Assembly (NCBI GenBank): GCA_027494055.1
Contig: JAOSJO010000023.1
Coordinates: 377,919 to 441,918, forward strand
Source of the DNA: Anaerolineae bacterium
GTDB lineage: Bacteria > Chloroflexota > Anaerolineae > Aggregatilineales > JAFGMM01
Length of the DNA stretch: 64,000 bases
Reading direction: 5' to 3'
A program made the translations under genes and the position numbers. The notes beneath the pieces are model-generated. The model was not told where the DNA came from and did not search any database. It saw only the letters and a program-made list of their open reading frames with translations. Positions 18,287 through 28,740 of the stretch are shown one piece after another (positions within the stretch are counted from its first letter, which is position 1; each line of letters begins with the position of its first letter).

Positions 18287-19795
18287 GTGACCCTGAACCT
18301 GAAATGCCCTCGCTGTGACCACTTCATGACACTCGACGTTGCCAGGGGGACGGTCAAGTGCCGCCACTGCGGCTACGTCCCGCTCTACGACGGCAACGCC
18401 ATCCGTGACGAGCCGCCAGCCCAGCAGCCCGCAGTCACCGACCTGAACAACGTGCCCATCGTCAGCCAGAAGCGCCCCAGCAACAGGCAGGAGTCTCTCT
18501 TCCGCGAGGGGATGCGCGCGCTCAAGCAGGGCGACCCTGCCGCCGCCCGCGAGAGCTTCTTCGGCGCGCTGGAGCTGGGCAAGGACTTCATCGACCCGTG
18601 GCTGTGGCTGGTGTCCACGACCGACGACCCCAACGAGCAGCGCCAGTATATGGAATGGGCGCTGGCCCACGAGCCGAACAACTTCCGCGTGATCGAAGCG
18701 CGCAACCGCCTCGATGGGCGCCTCAAGAACAAGGCCGGCGCGGCGAAGCACCGCGGAGGCGGCCACGGCATTCGCCGCCTCCAGCCAGACGCGCCGGTCC
18801 AGGCCGAGTCGGACACGATGAACTGCCCCCACTGCGGCGGGCGCATGGTCTACGACATCGCCGGCGGGGCGGTGCTCTGCGCGCACTGCAACACGCGCAC
18901 GGTCATCGACGTGGACGGCTACGGCCAGCACACTACGCTCGTCGAGGCGCTGCTCAAGCGCAAGTACCAGGCGCAGTACTGGGAAGCGGCCGACCGCGTG
19001 GTGACGTGCCAGAACTGCGGCGCGCAGGTCACGTTCCCGCCGCGCGCGCTGGTCAAGCAGTGCTTCTTCTGCGACTCGCGCCACGTCATCGTCGCCGACA
19101 ACGCCGAATCGTTCGAGCAGCCCGACGGCATCGTGCCATTCAAGCTCGACGAGGAGAAAGCGGTCCAGGCGGTCTACGAGGCGATGCACGGCGGCGTCAT
19201 CCGGCGGCTGACACGCTTCATGCGCGACCCGATCAGCTACCACGAAGCGCACGCCATCTACATCCCCTTCTGGGCGTTCGACGCGACCGTGACCGTCAAG
19301 TGGAACTACCCCGGCCCGGTCGAGGATCGCGGCGAGTACCCGTATATATTGTATGACGTGCTCGCGTGCGGCTCTGACACGCTGGACCGCAAGCTGATGG
19401 CGCGCATCGAGCCGTTCGACCTGAAGCAGATGCGCCGCTACGACCCGCGCTACCTGGCGAGCCAGCCGGCGGAGATTTATCGCCTCGACGTGGATGAAGC
19501 CTCGCTCAACGCACGCGCACAGATGTCCGAGACAGCGCGTGCGCGGTTGCGGTCGCGGATGCCCGCGCGCAAGCAGGTCGCCGTGCGGGCCGGCTACACG
19601 GTGGGCAAGGACTACGTTACCGAGACGGTCGAGCTGGTGCTGTCGGCGCTCATCAACGACATGACCTACCGCCTCGTGCTCCTCCCGGTGTGGAACGTCA
19701 TGCTGCACGAGGACGACGGCGACATCCGGCGCGCGCTGGTCAACGGTCAGACGGGCGCGGTGGCGCTTGGCGGGCCGCTGGGCGGGCTTTTATAA
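18287..19795 (+). CDS. hypothetical protein with three zinc-ribbon motifs and a TPR-like segment
   Basis: Intact 502-aa ORF with a GTG start after AAGGAG. The three ribbons are CPRCDHFM..CRHCGY, CPHCGGRM..CAHCNTR and CQNCGAQV..CFFCDSRH. The C-terminal region ends in LLPVWNVMLHEDDGDIRRALVNGQTGAV. Confidence 0.8.
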   Translation: MTLNLKCPRCDHFMTLDVARGTVKCRHCGYVPLYDGNAIRDEPPAQQPAVTDLNNVPIVSQKRPSNRQESLFREGMRALKQGDPAAARESFFGALELGKDFIDPWLWLVSTTDDPNEQRQYMEWALAHEPNNFRVIEARNRLDGRLKNKAGAAKHRGGGHGIRRLQPDAPVQAESDTMNCPHCGGRMVYDIAGGAVLCAHCNTRTVIDVDGYGQHTTLVEALLKRKYQAQYWEAADRVVTCQNCGAQVTFPPRALVKQCFFCDSRHVIVADNAESFEQPDGIVPFKLDEEKAVQAVYEAMHGGVIRRLTRFMRDPISYHEAHAIYIPFWAFDATVTVKWNYPGPVEDRGEYPYILYDVLACGSDTLDRKLMARIEPFDLKQMRRYDPRYLASQPAEIYRLDVDEASLNARAQMSETARARLRSRMPARKQVAVRAGYTVGKDYVTETVELVLSALINDMTYRLVLLPVWNVMLHEDDGDIRRALVNGQTGAVALGGPLGGLL

Positions 19796-19859
19796 TATCC
19801 CCTATAATACAAAGCAGAATATCGTTCCCGCGACGCGCCAATAGAGACAGGATGCAGAC

Positions 19860-20369
19860 TTGACCGCTGACGATATCATCAAACTGCTCAAACTGATCCC
19901 ACTGCCCGGCGAGGGCGGCCTTTACGGTGAGAGCTACCGCGCCAGCGAGGTCATCCCACGCCATGCCCTGCCGTCGCGCTACACCAGCGACAAAGAATTC
20001 GCCACCGCCATGTACTACCTCCTCACGCCCGACACGTTCTCGGCGCTGCACCGGCTCCCCACCGACGAGGTGTATCACTTCTACCTCGGCGACCCGGTGG
20101 AGATGCTGCAACTCCACCCCGACGGCGGCTCCGAGGTCATCACCCTGGGGCCGCGCATCGCCCAGGGGCAGCGCGTGCAGACCGTCGTGCGGCGCGGCGT
20201 CTGGCAGGGATCATACCTCACGGACGGGGGTGCGTTCGCGTTGCTGGGCACGACCGTGGCCCCGGCCTATGACTTCTCCGATTATGTCGGCGGCGAGCGC
20301 GCCGCGCTGGTGGCGCAATACTCCGACCGCGCCGACCTCATCACCCGGTTGACGCCGCCGGCGACATGA
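19860..20369 (+). CDS. cupin-fold protein (DUF985-like)
   Basis: Intact 169-aa ORF with a TTG start. The sequence is LIPLPGEGGLYGESYRAS...AMYYLL...FSALHRLPTDEVYHFYLGDP. Confidence 0.75.
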   Translation: MTADDIIKLLKLIPLPGEGGLYGESYRASEVIPRHALPSRYTSDKEFATAMYYLLTPDTFSALHRLPTDEVYHFYLGDPVEMLQLHPDGGSEVITLGPRIAQGQRVQTVVRRGVWQGSYLTDGGAFALLGTTVAPAYDFSDYVGGERAALVAQYSDRADLITRLTPPAT

Positions 20370-20415
20370 GGTCAGGGGGCGGACCGGGCCAGCCATTGCA
20401 GCCCAGTCCCCGCCT

Positions 20416-22294
20416 TTACGCGCCGCGATAGCTGTCCCGCAGTCTCTCCATGCGCCGGGCGCTGTCTTCCAGACCGCCGGGCCGGCTGCGCGCCAGCCAA
20501 AGCCTTCGATATTCGGGCAGAATCGCCTCCAGGTCTGCGGCAAGTGCGGCGCGCTCCCCGCCGGGAGGTCCGCAATCGCGCCGCCGCCCGCCGCGAAGCG
20601 CGCCAGCCCCAGGCGGCACGCATGGCGCAGCAGCGCCGCGGCGTTGCGGTACTCGTCCACGATCAATGCGGCGTCCGGTCGGGCCATGCGCGCCTCCGCA
20701 AGCGGCGCAGCCACCCGGTCGATATAGGCCAGAGTCTGCGCCAACGCTTCAGGCGTCAGCCCCTCCAGCCGCCCGGCGTCGATGGGCAGGTCGGGATTGA
20801 GCAGGATGTACGCCAGCGCCGACCGGTAGCTGATGCGCACGCCCGTCTCCCGGTACGCATTGCCCAGGTCGAAGGCCACGCGCCCCATCACGCCGGCGGC
20901 GTCCTGGAACACGTGCACATCCAGCGCGCGGGGCAGGTCGATGTCCTTGTTCGCGCCCGCCGCCCAACTCACCGCCGCGCCATACGCAAAGCCGAGAAAC
21001 GACGTGGGAAGGTGCTGCCAGTGGCCCTCGTCGCCCCAGTCCGTGTTCAGATAACCGATTGCGCCATGGCGCAGACCGGTTTCGGCGGCGTTGCGCAGGT
21101 TGCCGAGCGCGTTCTCGGTGCGCCCCGCGATGGAGAGAAACGTAGCAGCGCTGGGACATACGTAGAACGGGATGCCCGCCTGCGCCAGCCGCTCACACGC
21201 ACGTCGAAGGGGTGGTCGGCCTCGTAGCCCCACTCCAGCGCAATGATGTCGCCCGGCAGTTCGGGGATCAGCTCCGGGTGGTTCTGCACGATGTCGCCCC
21301 AGAACTGCATCGTGCGCCCATGCCGCTGCACCAGCGCATGGATTTTGTGCAGGAATTCCAGATACACGCGCCCTACGCCGCGCGCTTCGCAGGCGGTTTT
21401 GCTCTTGCCGAACCCCAGTTCGTACGTCTCGTCGCAGCCCACGTTGAACTGCCGGCTGGTGAAGTGCGGCAGGAGTTCCTCGTAAAGCCCGGCGAGCAGC
21501 GCCAGCGAACCCGGCTCAAGCGGGCACAGGCTGAACGGCCCTTCATACCAGCCGCCGCGAAACGGGAACCCCTCAGGCGATTCGGCCAGGTCGATATAGC
21601 GCGGGTGGTTCAGCCAGCGCTCCATGTGCCCGAACGAATTCTGATTCGGCACCAGCTCGATGAACCGCTCATGGCAGTAGGCGTCCAGCGCCATGACCTC
21701 CGCCGCCGTCAGCGGCGAAGCGTGCTCCCACACCGCGCGGTGGTCGCGGTATGCAAACGTGTGCTCCATGTAGAGCTGGAACTGGTTGACCTTCCACTCG
21801 GCCAGCATATCGACCAGCATGTAGAGGGTTTCCATCGTGGGCACCCGGTCCCGGCTGATGTCGAACATCACGCCCCGGTTGGCGAAATCCGGCCAGTCCT
21901 CGACATACAGGCAGGGCAGCGCGCCCGCGCCCGCGGACTGCCGCGCGAGCTGCCGCAGTGTCATGGCGGCGTGGAACGCGCCTGGGGCGTCATGCGCGAC
22001 GACGCGAATCCCGTCAGGCCGGATCGTGAGGCGGTAGCCTTCAGGCTGCGCCACCTGGGCCGGGTCCACCTGGATCACTGCCCCCAGCCAGTTGGGGTCG
22101 CTGCCCCGCGCCATCGTCAGCTCCCAGCGCGGGCCAACCGCCGCCAGCGCGTCACGCACCACTGCCCCCACGCGCAGCGCGGTGGCGGTGTCCGCGCCCT
22201 CGACGCACACGAAACGCCCCGCCTTGAGCGCGAGCGCGCCCTCCCAACGCGCGAGGCGCTGCGGCTGCGGCAGGAGGAGCCATTGATCTGCCAT
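20416..22294 (-). CDS. beta-N-acetylhexosaminidase (GH20 family), two frameshifts as assembled
   Basis: ORF 21047..22294 carries RGVMFDISRDRVP, NQFQLYMEHTF, LVPNQNSFGHMERW and FNVGCDETYELG. The sequence continues in ORF 20211..21233 after a break near 21200. It then continues in ORF 20416..20619 after the C4 run 20556-20559 (DLPAGERAALAADLEAILPEYRRLWLARS...). Confidence 0.9.
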
Positions 22295-22374
22295 TGTGGT
22301 TTCCGTCCTTTCAGTGGATCACGTGCCAGTCGGTGGACGCGCCGCAGCGGCAGCCGCGCCCCGACCGGGTTCGG

Positions 22375-23870
22375 TCAGGCGTCGGCGCGCCGCGCCCACC
22401 GGCCCGGCGTGACGCCCACGCGCGCCGAAAACTGGCGGATGAAGTAACTCACGCTGTCGTAGCCGATCTCGCCGGCGACCTCCGTCACGCCCAGCCCTTC
22501 GTCGCGGAGCAGGTGCTTCGCGCGCGCAATGCGCAGGTCGATGAGGCGGTCGATGGGGCTTTGCCCCATCTCTTCACGGAAGATCTGCGAGAAGTACGAC
22601 GGACTCAGGGCGACATGGTCCGCAAGGTCTTGCAGGCGGATCGGGTCGGCGTAGTGCGCCTGCATGTAGCGCTCGACCTCCTGTACCACCTGTTGCCGCC
22701 ACTGCCTGAGCTGCCCGATGGTCTGGTGCATCCGCTCCAGGTCGGCGGCCTGCCGCAGGTTTTGCTCGGCGAGATCGGCGATGGTGCCCGACACCAAGCG
22801 CAACATGCGGAGGCTGGCCTGCAACTGCGCCCTGGAGAGCGTGGGGACTCGCCGCATCGCGCGCCAGTACGCCGCCGCGCTGACCACGCCGCGCGCCTCA
22901 AGCTCGCCCGCCCAACGTTCGTGCCATTCCAGGTCAGGCGCGTCACAGAAGACCGCGCTCCACGTCAGCAGCGACCCCAACACCTCGCCAGAGACCACGA
23001 CCGGCGCAAACAGGTGGGCCAGGTTCCCGGCATGGACCACGAGTTCCGGCGCGCCCGTGCGGCTGACGCGAAAGGCCGCCGCCCGCGCCGCGCTGAAAAC
23101 CCGGTCGGCTTCGGTGCGCGCCGTGACCATGCTCAGGAAGCCCTCCGGCGCGGCGTAATCGGCGGTCGCCTCGGCGTACTCGCGCCGCCGCGCCGCGTCG
23201 AGATACTGCTCAACGCCCGGCCAGTCGTTGCCCGCGTAGACCTGCGGGACAGCGAACACGCCCAGCTTCGTGACAGTCTGGAAATCGCGCAGGAAGTCCC
23301 ACAAGCGCGCCGGCTCCAACAACTGGAACAGACGCGGCGCCGACAGGGGTTCCAGCCAGGGCGGCGCGCCGCCGGCGTCGCCCTCGTGGAACGCGCCCAA
23401 CCAGGCCAGGGAGATGTAGCCATCCCTCCCCCTGACTCGCCGATCAGCCGGAGCGCAGTGACCTGCACCGGGTCGAACTGAACCGCGTAGGGCTGGAAAG
23501 GTTGTTTCTCCCAGAACGTGTCGGCGAAGTCGTAGGTCGGCGTGACGCGCAGGCCGGTCACCGGCTGCCACGCGCCATCGCCGCGCTTCACCTCGACGTC
23601 GAAGGACCGCCACCAGCCGCCGTCGGTGAACAGCCCGCCGTGCGCAAACCCGACCGTATCCACCCAGACCGGCTGCGGGAAGCTGGCGGCGTACCAGTCC
23701 TCCCCGCAGGGTGACCCCGGCCCCTGCCAGGTCGTGCGGTAGCGGTAGCCGACCTCGTACAAAGAGGGACGGCAGAGCAACGCCAGCTCATCGGGAGGCC
23801 CCGTGAGGGTCCTGGCGAAGCGCGCCTCCAGGCGCACACCCGGCGCGGCCAGCAGATTCACAGCGCACAC
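22375..23870 (-). CDS. AraC-family transcriptional regulator with a long N-terminal sensor region, frameshifted as assembled
   Basis: The C-terminal AraC HTH is LQDLADHVALSPSYFSQIFREEMGQSPIDRLIDLRIARAKHLL...YDSVSYFIRQFSARVGVTPGRW. The N-terminal piece, ORF 23133..23870, joins at the C5 run 23428-23432 (RLIGESGG|RDGYISLAWLGAF). The start is a GTG at 23870 or 23861. Confidence 0.85.
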
Positions 23871-24086
23871 TCCTGGATCAATCTTACATCAGAGCATCGT
23901 CTTAATTGTAGCAATACCACAAGATCAGACAATTTTCTCGTAAACTTGGGCAAGACGACGGCAGGCGCACATGGTAGCCTAGGCTTGGCGTTCGTCTCCC
24001 TGGACAAAGCGCAACGTCAGTCGCATGTCCACCACCGCCACCGACCCACAGCATCCGTTCCTGGGGACACGACAGGTGCACGCGCC

Positions 24087-24612
24087 ATGCACGACATGCT
24101 TGTGAGGCTGTACGACCTCCCCGATCTCGCGCCGTATCTCGCCCGGCAGAGCGCGGACGGCATCGACATCCGTCGCCCGCTCCCCGCCTGAGAGGCAGGT
24201 CGTCGTGGACTGGGTGCTGGCGCACTTCGACCCGGTGTGGAGCAACGAGTGTGAGGTGGCTTTCGCCAACCAACCCGTTTCCTGCTTCATCGCCGTAGAC
24301 GCGCAACGGGAGGCAATCGTCGGGTTCAGTTGTTACGAGGTCGTCTACAAGGATTTCTTTGGGCCAATCGGCGTCCTTGCGGCCTATCGTGGCCGGGACA
24401 TCGGCGCGGCCCTGCTGCTGGCTTGCCTGCACGCGATGCACGAAATGGGCTACGCCTACGCCATCATCGCCGGCGTGGGGCCCACAGCGTTCTACGCCAG
24501 GGTGGTCGGCGCGGTTGACATCGCGGGTTCGACGCCGGGCGTCTACCGTGGCGTGCTGTGGGACCAGATCAAAGCGCCGGCGCGGCACGACAGCGGCGCG
24601 CAGCCAACATGA
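24087..24612 (+). CDS. GNAT-family N-acetyltransferase, frameshifted as assembled
   Basis: The N-terminal part is MHDMLVRLYDLPDLAPYLARQSADGIDIRRPLP. Removing one C from the C4 run 24182-24185 joins it to PERQVVVDWVLAHFDPVWSNECEVAF.... The acetyl-CoA-site-like motif is YRGRDIGAALLLACLHAM. Confidence 0.75.
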
Positions 24613-24646
24613 CAGGCGCCATGGGAGCCTTCAGGAGGCCCACGCG

Positions 24647-25503
24647 GTGAAGGTGTACATCATGTACGAGGTCGGCGGGGCGATGGGCATTGTCTCGACC
24701 GCACAGATGCACGGGATGTTTCCCGCGCAGCGGGCGGGCGGCTCCTCAATTCCGCTGGAGACGCGCAAGATCGTCACCGACGAGGTGAACGCCGCCATCG
24801 CCGGCGCGGCGGAGGCGGGCGCAACCGCGTTCCTGGTGAACACCGGCTGCCCCAACGGGCGCTTCATCCTCCCTGACGCGCTGGACGAGCGCGCCGAACT
24901 CATCCAGGGGTCGTGGAAGCCCGACGGGACGATGGAAGGCATCGACGAGAGCTTCGACGCGGCCATGCTGCTCAGTATGCACGCCAGGGCGGGCACGCCC
25001 CGCGGCGTCTTTGCGCATAGCTGGTCCGAAGGAATTTGCGACTACAGGGTCAACGGCGTCTCGGTCGGCGAAGTCGGCATGGCGATCTACTTCGCCGGCG
25101 CGGTTGGCGTCCCCGTGGTGATGGTCTCCGGCGACAGCCACGCCTGCCAGGAGGCCATCGACATCCTGGGCGATGTGGAAACCGCCCCGACCAAGCACGG
25201 CATCTCGCGCGCCGCGGCGCGCAGCGTCCATCCCAACAAAGTCCTGTGCGCCATCCGCGACGCGGCCCGGCGCGCGGTGGCGCGGATTGGCGCGTTCCGG
25301 CCCGCGCGCCTGGATGCGCCCGTGACCGTCGAGATGGAGATGACTGACGGACGCCTGATCCCCTGGTGGCTGCACATCCCGACGGTTGAACCCCTGGGGC
25401 GCGCGGCGTGCGCTGGCAGGCGGCGGATTACCGGGCCGCGCACCGGCTCTTCATCGTCATGGATATGCTGCACGCTGCCTACGCCGAATTGGAGGAGTGG
25501 TAG
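24647..25503 (+). CDS. M55-family (DppA-like) D-aminopeptidase, frameshifted as assembled
   Basis: A GTG at 24647 follows AGGAGG (VKVYIMYEVGGAMGIV...). DppA-like segments include LSMHARAGTPRGVFAHSW, VNGVSVGEVGMAIYFAGAVGVPVVMVSGD and ACQEA. Adding one G at the G4 run 25396-25399 gives ...VEPLGARGVRWQAADYRAAHRLFIVMDMLHAAYAELEEW*, with the stop at 25501-25503. Confidence 0.8.
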
Positions 25504-25564
25504 CCTCCAGGAGGTGGGCCTGGAGGCTCGCACCGGTTCTCGCGTTCTGAGAGGAGGGACGACT

Positions 25565-26839
25565 ATGGCAGGCAGGTTATCACGCCGAGGTTTTTTGCAG
25601 ACGGGCACGCTCGCAGGCGGCGCGCTGCTCGTCGGTTCCCGCATCCCTGGCGTCGCGAGGGGCGCGCCACGGCTTGCCGCGCCGCCGCGTCAGGAGGGTC
25701 GCCCGGTCACGCTGCGCTACATCACGCACTGGACCGGCGGCGACGGCCATGCGGGCACCATGCAGTGGCTATACGAAGCGTTCCAGGGGCGCAACCCCGC
25801 TGTGGCGCTCGAAGTGTTTGAGATTCCGAGCTACGAAGAGGCCCAGGCGACCACGCTGGCGGAATGCCAGGAGCAATGCCCGGACGTGCTGCACGCCGTG
25901 ACGACGACCTACGCCGAATCGGGATTCCTGCTCGACCTGACCGCGTGGATGACGGCCAACAGCGAGCGCTTCGTCCCCGCCGCCCAGGAGGGCATGGTCA
26001 TTGACGGCAAGCACTACGGGTGGTCGGCGGAGTACTCGCCCGTCATCCCGGTCTGGAACACGGCGCTGCTCGAAGAGGCCGGCGTCAGCGAGATACCGCT
26101 GACGTGGGACGATCTGCTGGCTGCGGGCGAAGCGTTGAGGGCCAACGGGAAGTACCTGACCAGCTTCGGCGCCAACCCCATGAGCTACATCGACGTGATT
26201 GTGTTCACGCTGCCGGGCGGGCCAGAGGCGATGGCCGCGCTGGACTTCACCGCGCAGCCCTTCCTCGATGCGCTCGCGAGGCTCCAGGAGTTGATGCCCT
26301 ACCTGCCCGAAAACGACGCCGAGAACCACTGGGACGAGGCGATGCAGCTCTTCGTGAGCGAGCAGATGGCGTTTGAGCTGAACGGCGCGTGGACCATCGG
26401 GAACGAGATCGTGAGCGACGTGGCCCCGGAGGGCTTCGCCGACCGGGTCGCGTTCGCGCCCTTCCCCAGCGTGGGCGGCGGCACGGCGGTCTACGTGGAC
26501 ACGTTCACCTTCATCGGCGCTTCCGCCGCCGTCGCCGAGGACCCCGCCAAGCTCGCGGCGGTCTACCACTTCTTCGACTTCTGGACCGGCCCGGAGGCGG
26601 CGACGCGCTTCATCACGGAGGCGCAATCGCCGATGGGCGTGACGACTGGCGACTTCGCGCAGGCCGATCCCCTGCTCGGCGGGTTCTTCGGCGTGACTGG
26701 CGATGTCACCTTTACATATCCGCCCGCGCTGCGCACCGGCAACACCTACGGCGCGGGAGAGGCAGCGACTCAGGCCCTGCTCTTGGGCATGAGCGTGGAG
26801 GAGGCCGCCCAGTTCTACGCGGAGAACTTCTCCGCGTGA
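25565..26839 (+). CDS. ABC transporter solute-binding protein (family 1) with a Tat-type signal
   Basis: It starts MAGRLSRRGFLQTGTLAGGALLVGS, is of typical SBP length, and is followed by two permease genes. Confidence 0.9.
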   Translation: MAGRLSRRGFLQTGTLAGGALLVGSRIPGVARGAPRLAAPPRQEGRPVTLRYITHWTGGDGHAGTMQWLYEAFQGRNPAVALEVFEIPSYEEAQATTLAECQEQCPDVLHAVTTTYAESGFLLDLTAWMTANSERFVPAAQEGMVIDGKHYGWSAEYSPVIPVWNTALLEEAGVSEIPLTWDDLLAAGEALRANGKYLTSFGANPMSYIDVIVFTLPGGPEAMAALDFTAQPFLDALARLQELMPYLPENDAENHWDEAMQLFVSEQMAFELNGAWTIGNEIVSDVAPEGFADRVAFAPFPSVGGGTAVYVDTFTFIGASAAVAEDPAKLAAVYHFFDFWTGPEAATRFITEAQSPMGVTTGDFAQADPLLGGFFGVTGDVTFTYPPALRTGNTYGAGEAATQALLLGMSVEEAAQFYAENFSA

Positions 26840-26854
26840 GACGACCTTCTCCGA

Positions 26855-26892
26855 CGGAGGGACGTGCGTTGTAGAGAGCGCACGTCCCTCCG
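26855..26892 (+). promoter_or_regulatory. perfect 14-bp GC hairpin immediately after the SBP gene
   Basis: cggagggacgtgcg (26855-26868) pairs with cgcacgtccctccg (26879-26892) across a 10-nt loop. There is no U-tract. Confidence 0.6.
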
Positions 26893-26947
26893 AGGCTCGG
26901 CTGTCGCTGCCCGGCAGGGCTTGATGTTAGGGGAGAGTGCCGCAGCC

Positions 26948-27892
26948 ATGCACCGCACAGCCGCGCAGCGCAGCCTCCGCTCGCGCCTTACCGGGTATGG
27001 CAATCCCCTGAGCCTGTTTCTGTTCCTGCTGCCCGGCTTCGGCGTGTACCTCCTGCTGATGCTGTGGCCGAGCATGCAATCGCTCTACTACAGCCTCGTC
27101 GAGTGGAACGGCCTGTCAACGAACATCACCTTCGTCGGCCTGGAGAACTTCACGCGCATGGCCGGCGACCGGGTCGTGCGCATCGCCCTGGAGAACGGGC
27201 TGCGCAACCTGTTCCTGCTCCTGGCGTTCCAGGTGCCGGTCGGTTTCCTGCTCGCCTACCTGTTGAGTCAGCAGGTGCGCGGGCGGCGCGTGTTCGTGTT
27301 CTGCTACTTCCTGCCCATCCTGATCTCAGAAGCCACCATGGCCCTGCTCTGGAGCCTGATCTACAACGGGCGCGCGGGGCTGCTCAACGGCGTTCTGACC
27401 TCCATCGGTCTCGAAGCACTCATCGTTCCCTGGCTCAGCCGGAACGGCACGGTGCAGTGGGCGGTCTTGATCCCAGGCGTGCTGCAATGGTTGGGCTTCA
27501 ACGTCGTGCTCTTCCTGGCGGCCATCGACGGCATCCCGCAGGAGCTTTTCGAAGTCGCCCGCCTGGAAGGCGCGACCGCGCTTCAGGAGGTGCGGCACGT
27601 CACGCTGCCGGGGGTGCGGGGCGTTTACGTCACAGCGGTCATCCTGGCGATTGCGGGCGGCATCTCGCCCTTCCTCTACCCCTTCATCCTGACCAACGCC
27701 GGGCCGCTCGACCTCACGCAAACCCTGATGACGTACAGCTTCGAGAAGATATACGCTGCCGGCGGCCTGAACCGCAACCTCGAATGGGGCTACGGCAGCG
27801 CGCTTGGCGTGTTGCACCTGGTCATCGGCCTTGCGCTCAGCGGGCTGACGTGGTACCTGGGCCGGCTGAACCGTGAGAGGTGGCAGGCGTGA
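26948..27892 (+). CDS. carbohydrate ABC transporter permease
   Basis: Multi-TM ORF. The start is an ATG at 26948, or upstream at 26864/26924. The EAA-loop region is ELFEVARLEGATALQEVRHVTLPGV. Confidence 0.9.
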   Translation: MHRTAAQRSLRSRLTGYGNPLSLFLFLLPGFGVYLLLMLWPSMQSLYYSLVEWNGLSTNITFVGLENFTRMAGDRVVRIALENGLRNLFLLLAFQVPVGFLLAYLLSQQVRGRRVFVFCYFLPILISEATMALLWSLIYNGRAGLLNGVLTSIGLEALIVPWLSRNGTVQWAVLIPGVLQWLGFNVVLFLAAIDGIPQELFEVARLEGATALQEVRHVTLPGVRGVYVTAVILAIAGGISPFLYPFILTNAGPLDLTQTLMTYSFEKIYAAGGLNRNLEWGYGSALGVLHLVIGLALSGLTWYLGRLNRERWQA

Positions 27893-28734
27893 GCGCGGCG
27901 GCGCAGCGCTTATTGCATCCCGTGTGGCGGGCGCTGCTGTATGCGGCCCTCATCGCCTGGGCGGTGGTGGACATCTACCCGATGATCTGGACCGCGCTCA
28001 CGTCGGTCAAGACCAACCGCGAGTATTTCGATAACCCATTCGGGCTGCCGGCAGAGTGGCACTTCCAGAACTACCCCGACGCCTGGAGCCAGGGGCGGAT
28101 GAACCTGTACTTCCTCAACACGGTGGCGCTGGCGGCTGGCGTCGTGCTGCTGAGCCTGGCGCTGGCGTCGTCTACGTCGTTCGTGTTCGCCCGCTTCCGA
28201 TTTCGCGGCTCGTGGGTGCTGTGGACTCTCCTCATGGCCGGGTTCCTGATGCCGGTGACGACGCGCATGGTGCCCATCGTCGTCTTCATGCGCCGCCTGG
28301 GCCTGTACGGCAACATGCTGTCGATCATCGTCGTGCTGGCGGCGGCAGCGGTGCCGTTCTCGGCGTTCTTCCTGCGCGCGTACATGGAGACTATCCCGCG
28401 CGAACTCGAAGAGGCGGCCATCGTGGACGGCGCGAACATGTGGCAGGTGTACACGCGCATCATCCTACCCCTGGCGCAGCCGGCGCTGGCGACGCTCGGC
28501 ACGTTCAACTTCATCACGGCCTGGAACGAATTCACGATGGTTATCCTGCTCTCGCGCAGCGACAGCACGTTTACGCTGCCGGTCGGTATCCGCTTCCTGA
28601 ACTCGTCGCGCGCTGCCGACATCACGGGTACCGCCGCCGGCCTCGTCATCACGATTGTGCCGGTGGCGCTCGTCTTCCTGTTCTTGCAGCGGTTCGTGGT
28701 CAAGGGCATGACCGCTGGCGCGCTCAAGGGGTAG
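27880..28734 (+). CDS. carbohydrate ABC transporter permease
   Basis: Intact 284-aa ORF overlapping the previous gene by 13 nt. The EAA loop is RELEEAAIVDGANMWQVYTRIILPLAQP. Confidence 0.9.
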   Translation: MAGVSAAAQRLLHPVWRALLYAALIAWAVVDIYPMIWTALTSVKTNREYFDNPFGLPAEWHFQNYPDAWSQGRMNLYFLNTVALAAGVVLLSLALASSTSFVFARFRFRGSWVLWTLLMAGFLMPVTTRMVPIVVFMRRLGLYGNMLSIIVVLAAAAVPFSAFFLRAYMETIPRELEEAAIVDGANMWQVYTRIILPLAQPALATLGTFNFITAWNEFTMVILLSRSDSTFTLPVGIRFLNSSRAADITGTAAGLVITIVPVALVFLFLQRFVVKGMTAGALKG

Positions 28735-28740
28735 CAGCTT

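Noticed and set aside
13609-19708. Other long antisense ORFs (13609..15243 -, 18215..19708 -, and likewise 40858..42663 -, 45930..46541 -, 32314..33156 +)
   Set aside because: Each is fully overlapped by an opposite-strand gene with convincing domain motifs. All show the Arg/Gly/Pro/His-rich composition of GC-driven shadow frames.
24647-25503. Possible loss of a metal ligand in the M55 peptidase (MYEVGG where DppA has DMEG)
   Set aside because: This rests on my recollection of one reference sequence and an unverified alignment in an error-prone assembly. That is not strong enough to report as a finding.
24359-26839. Single 826-aa ORF spanning GNAT, M55 peptidase, spacer and SBP
   Set aside because: This is a read-through artefact. 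It begins out of frame inside the GNAT gene. The M55 protein's natural end (..AELEEW*, stop at 25501-25503) is recovered by a 1-nt correction at 25396-25399. The SBP has its own ATG and Tat signal at 25565.
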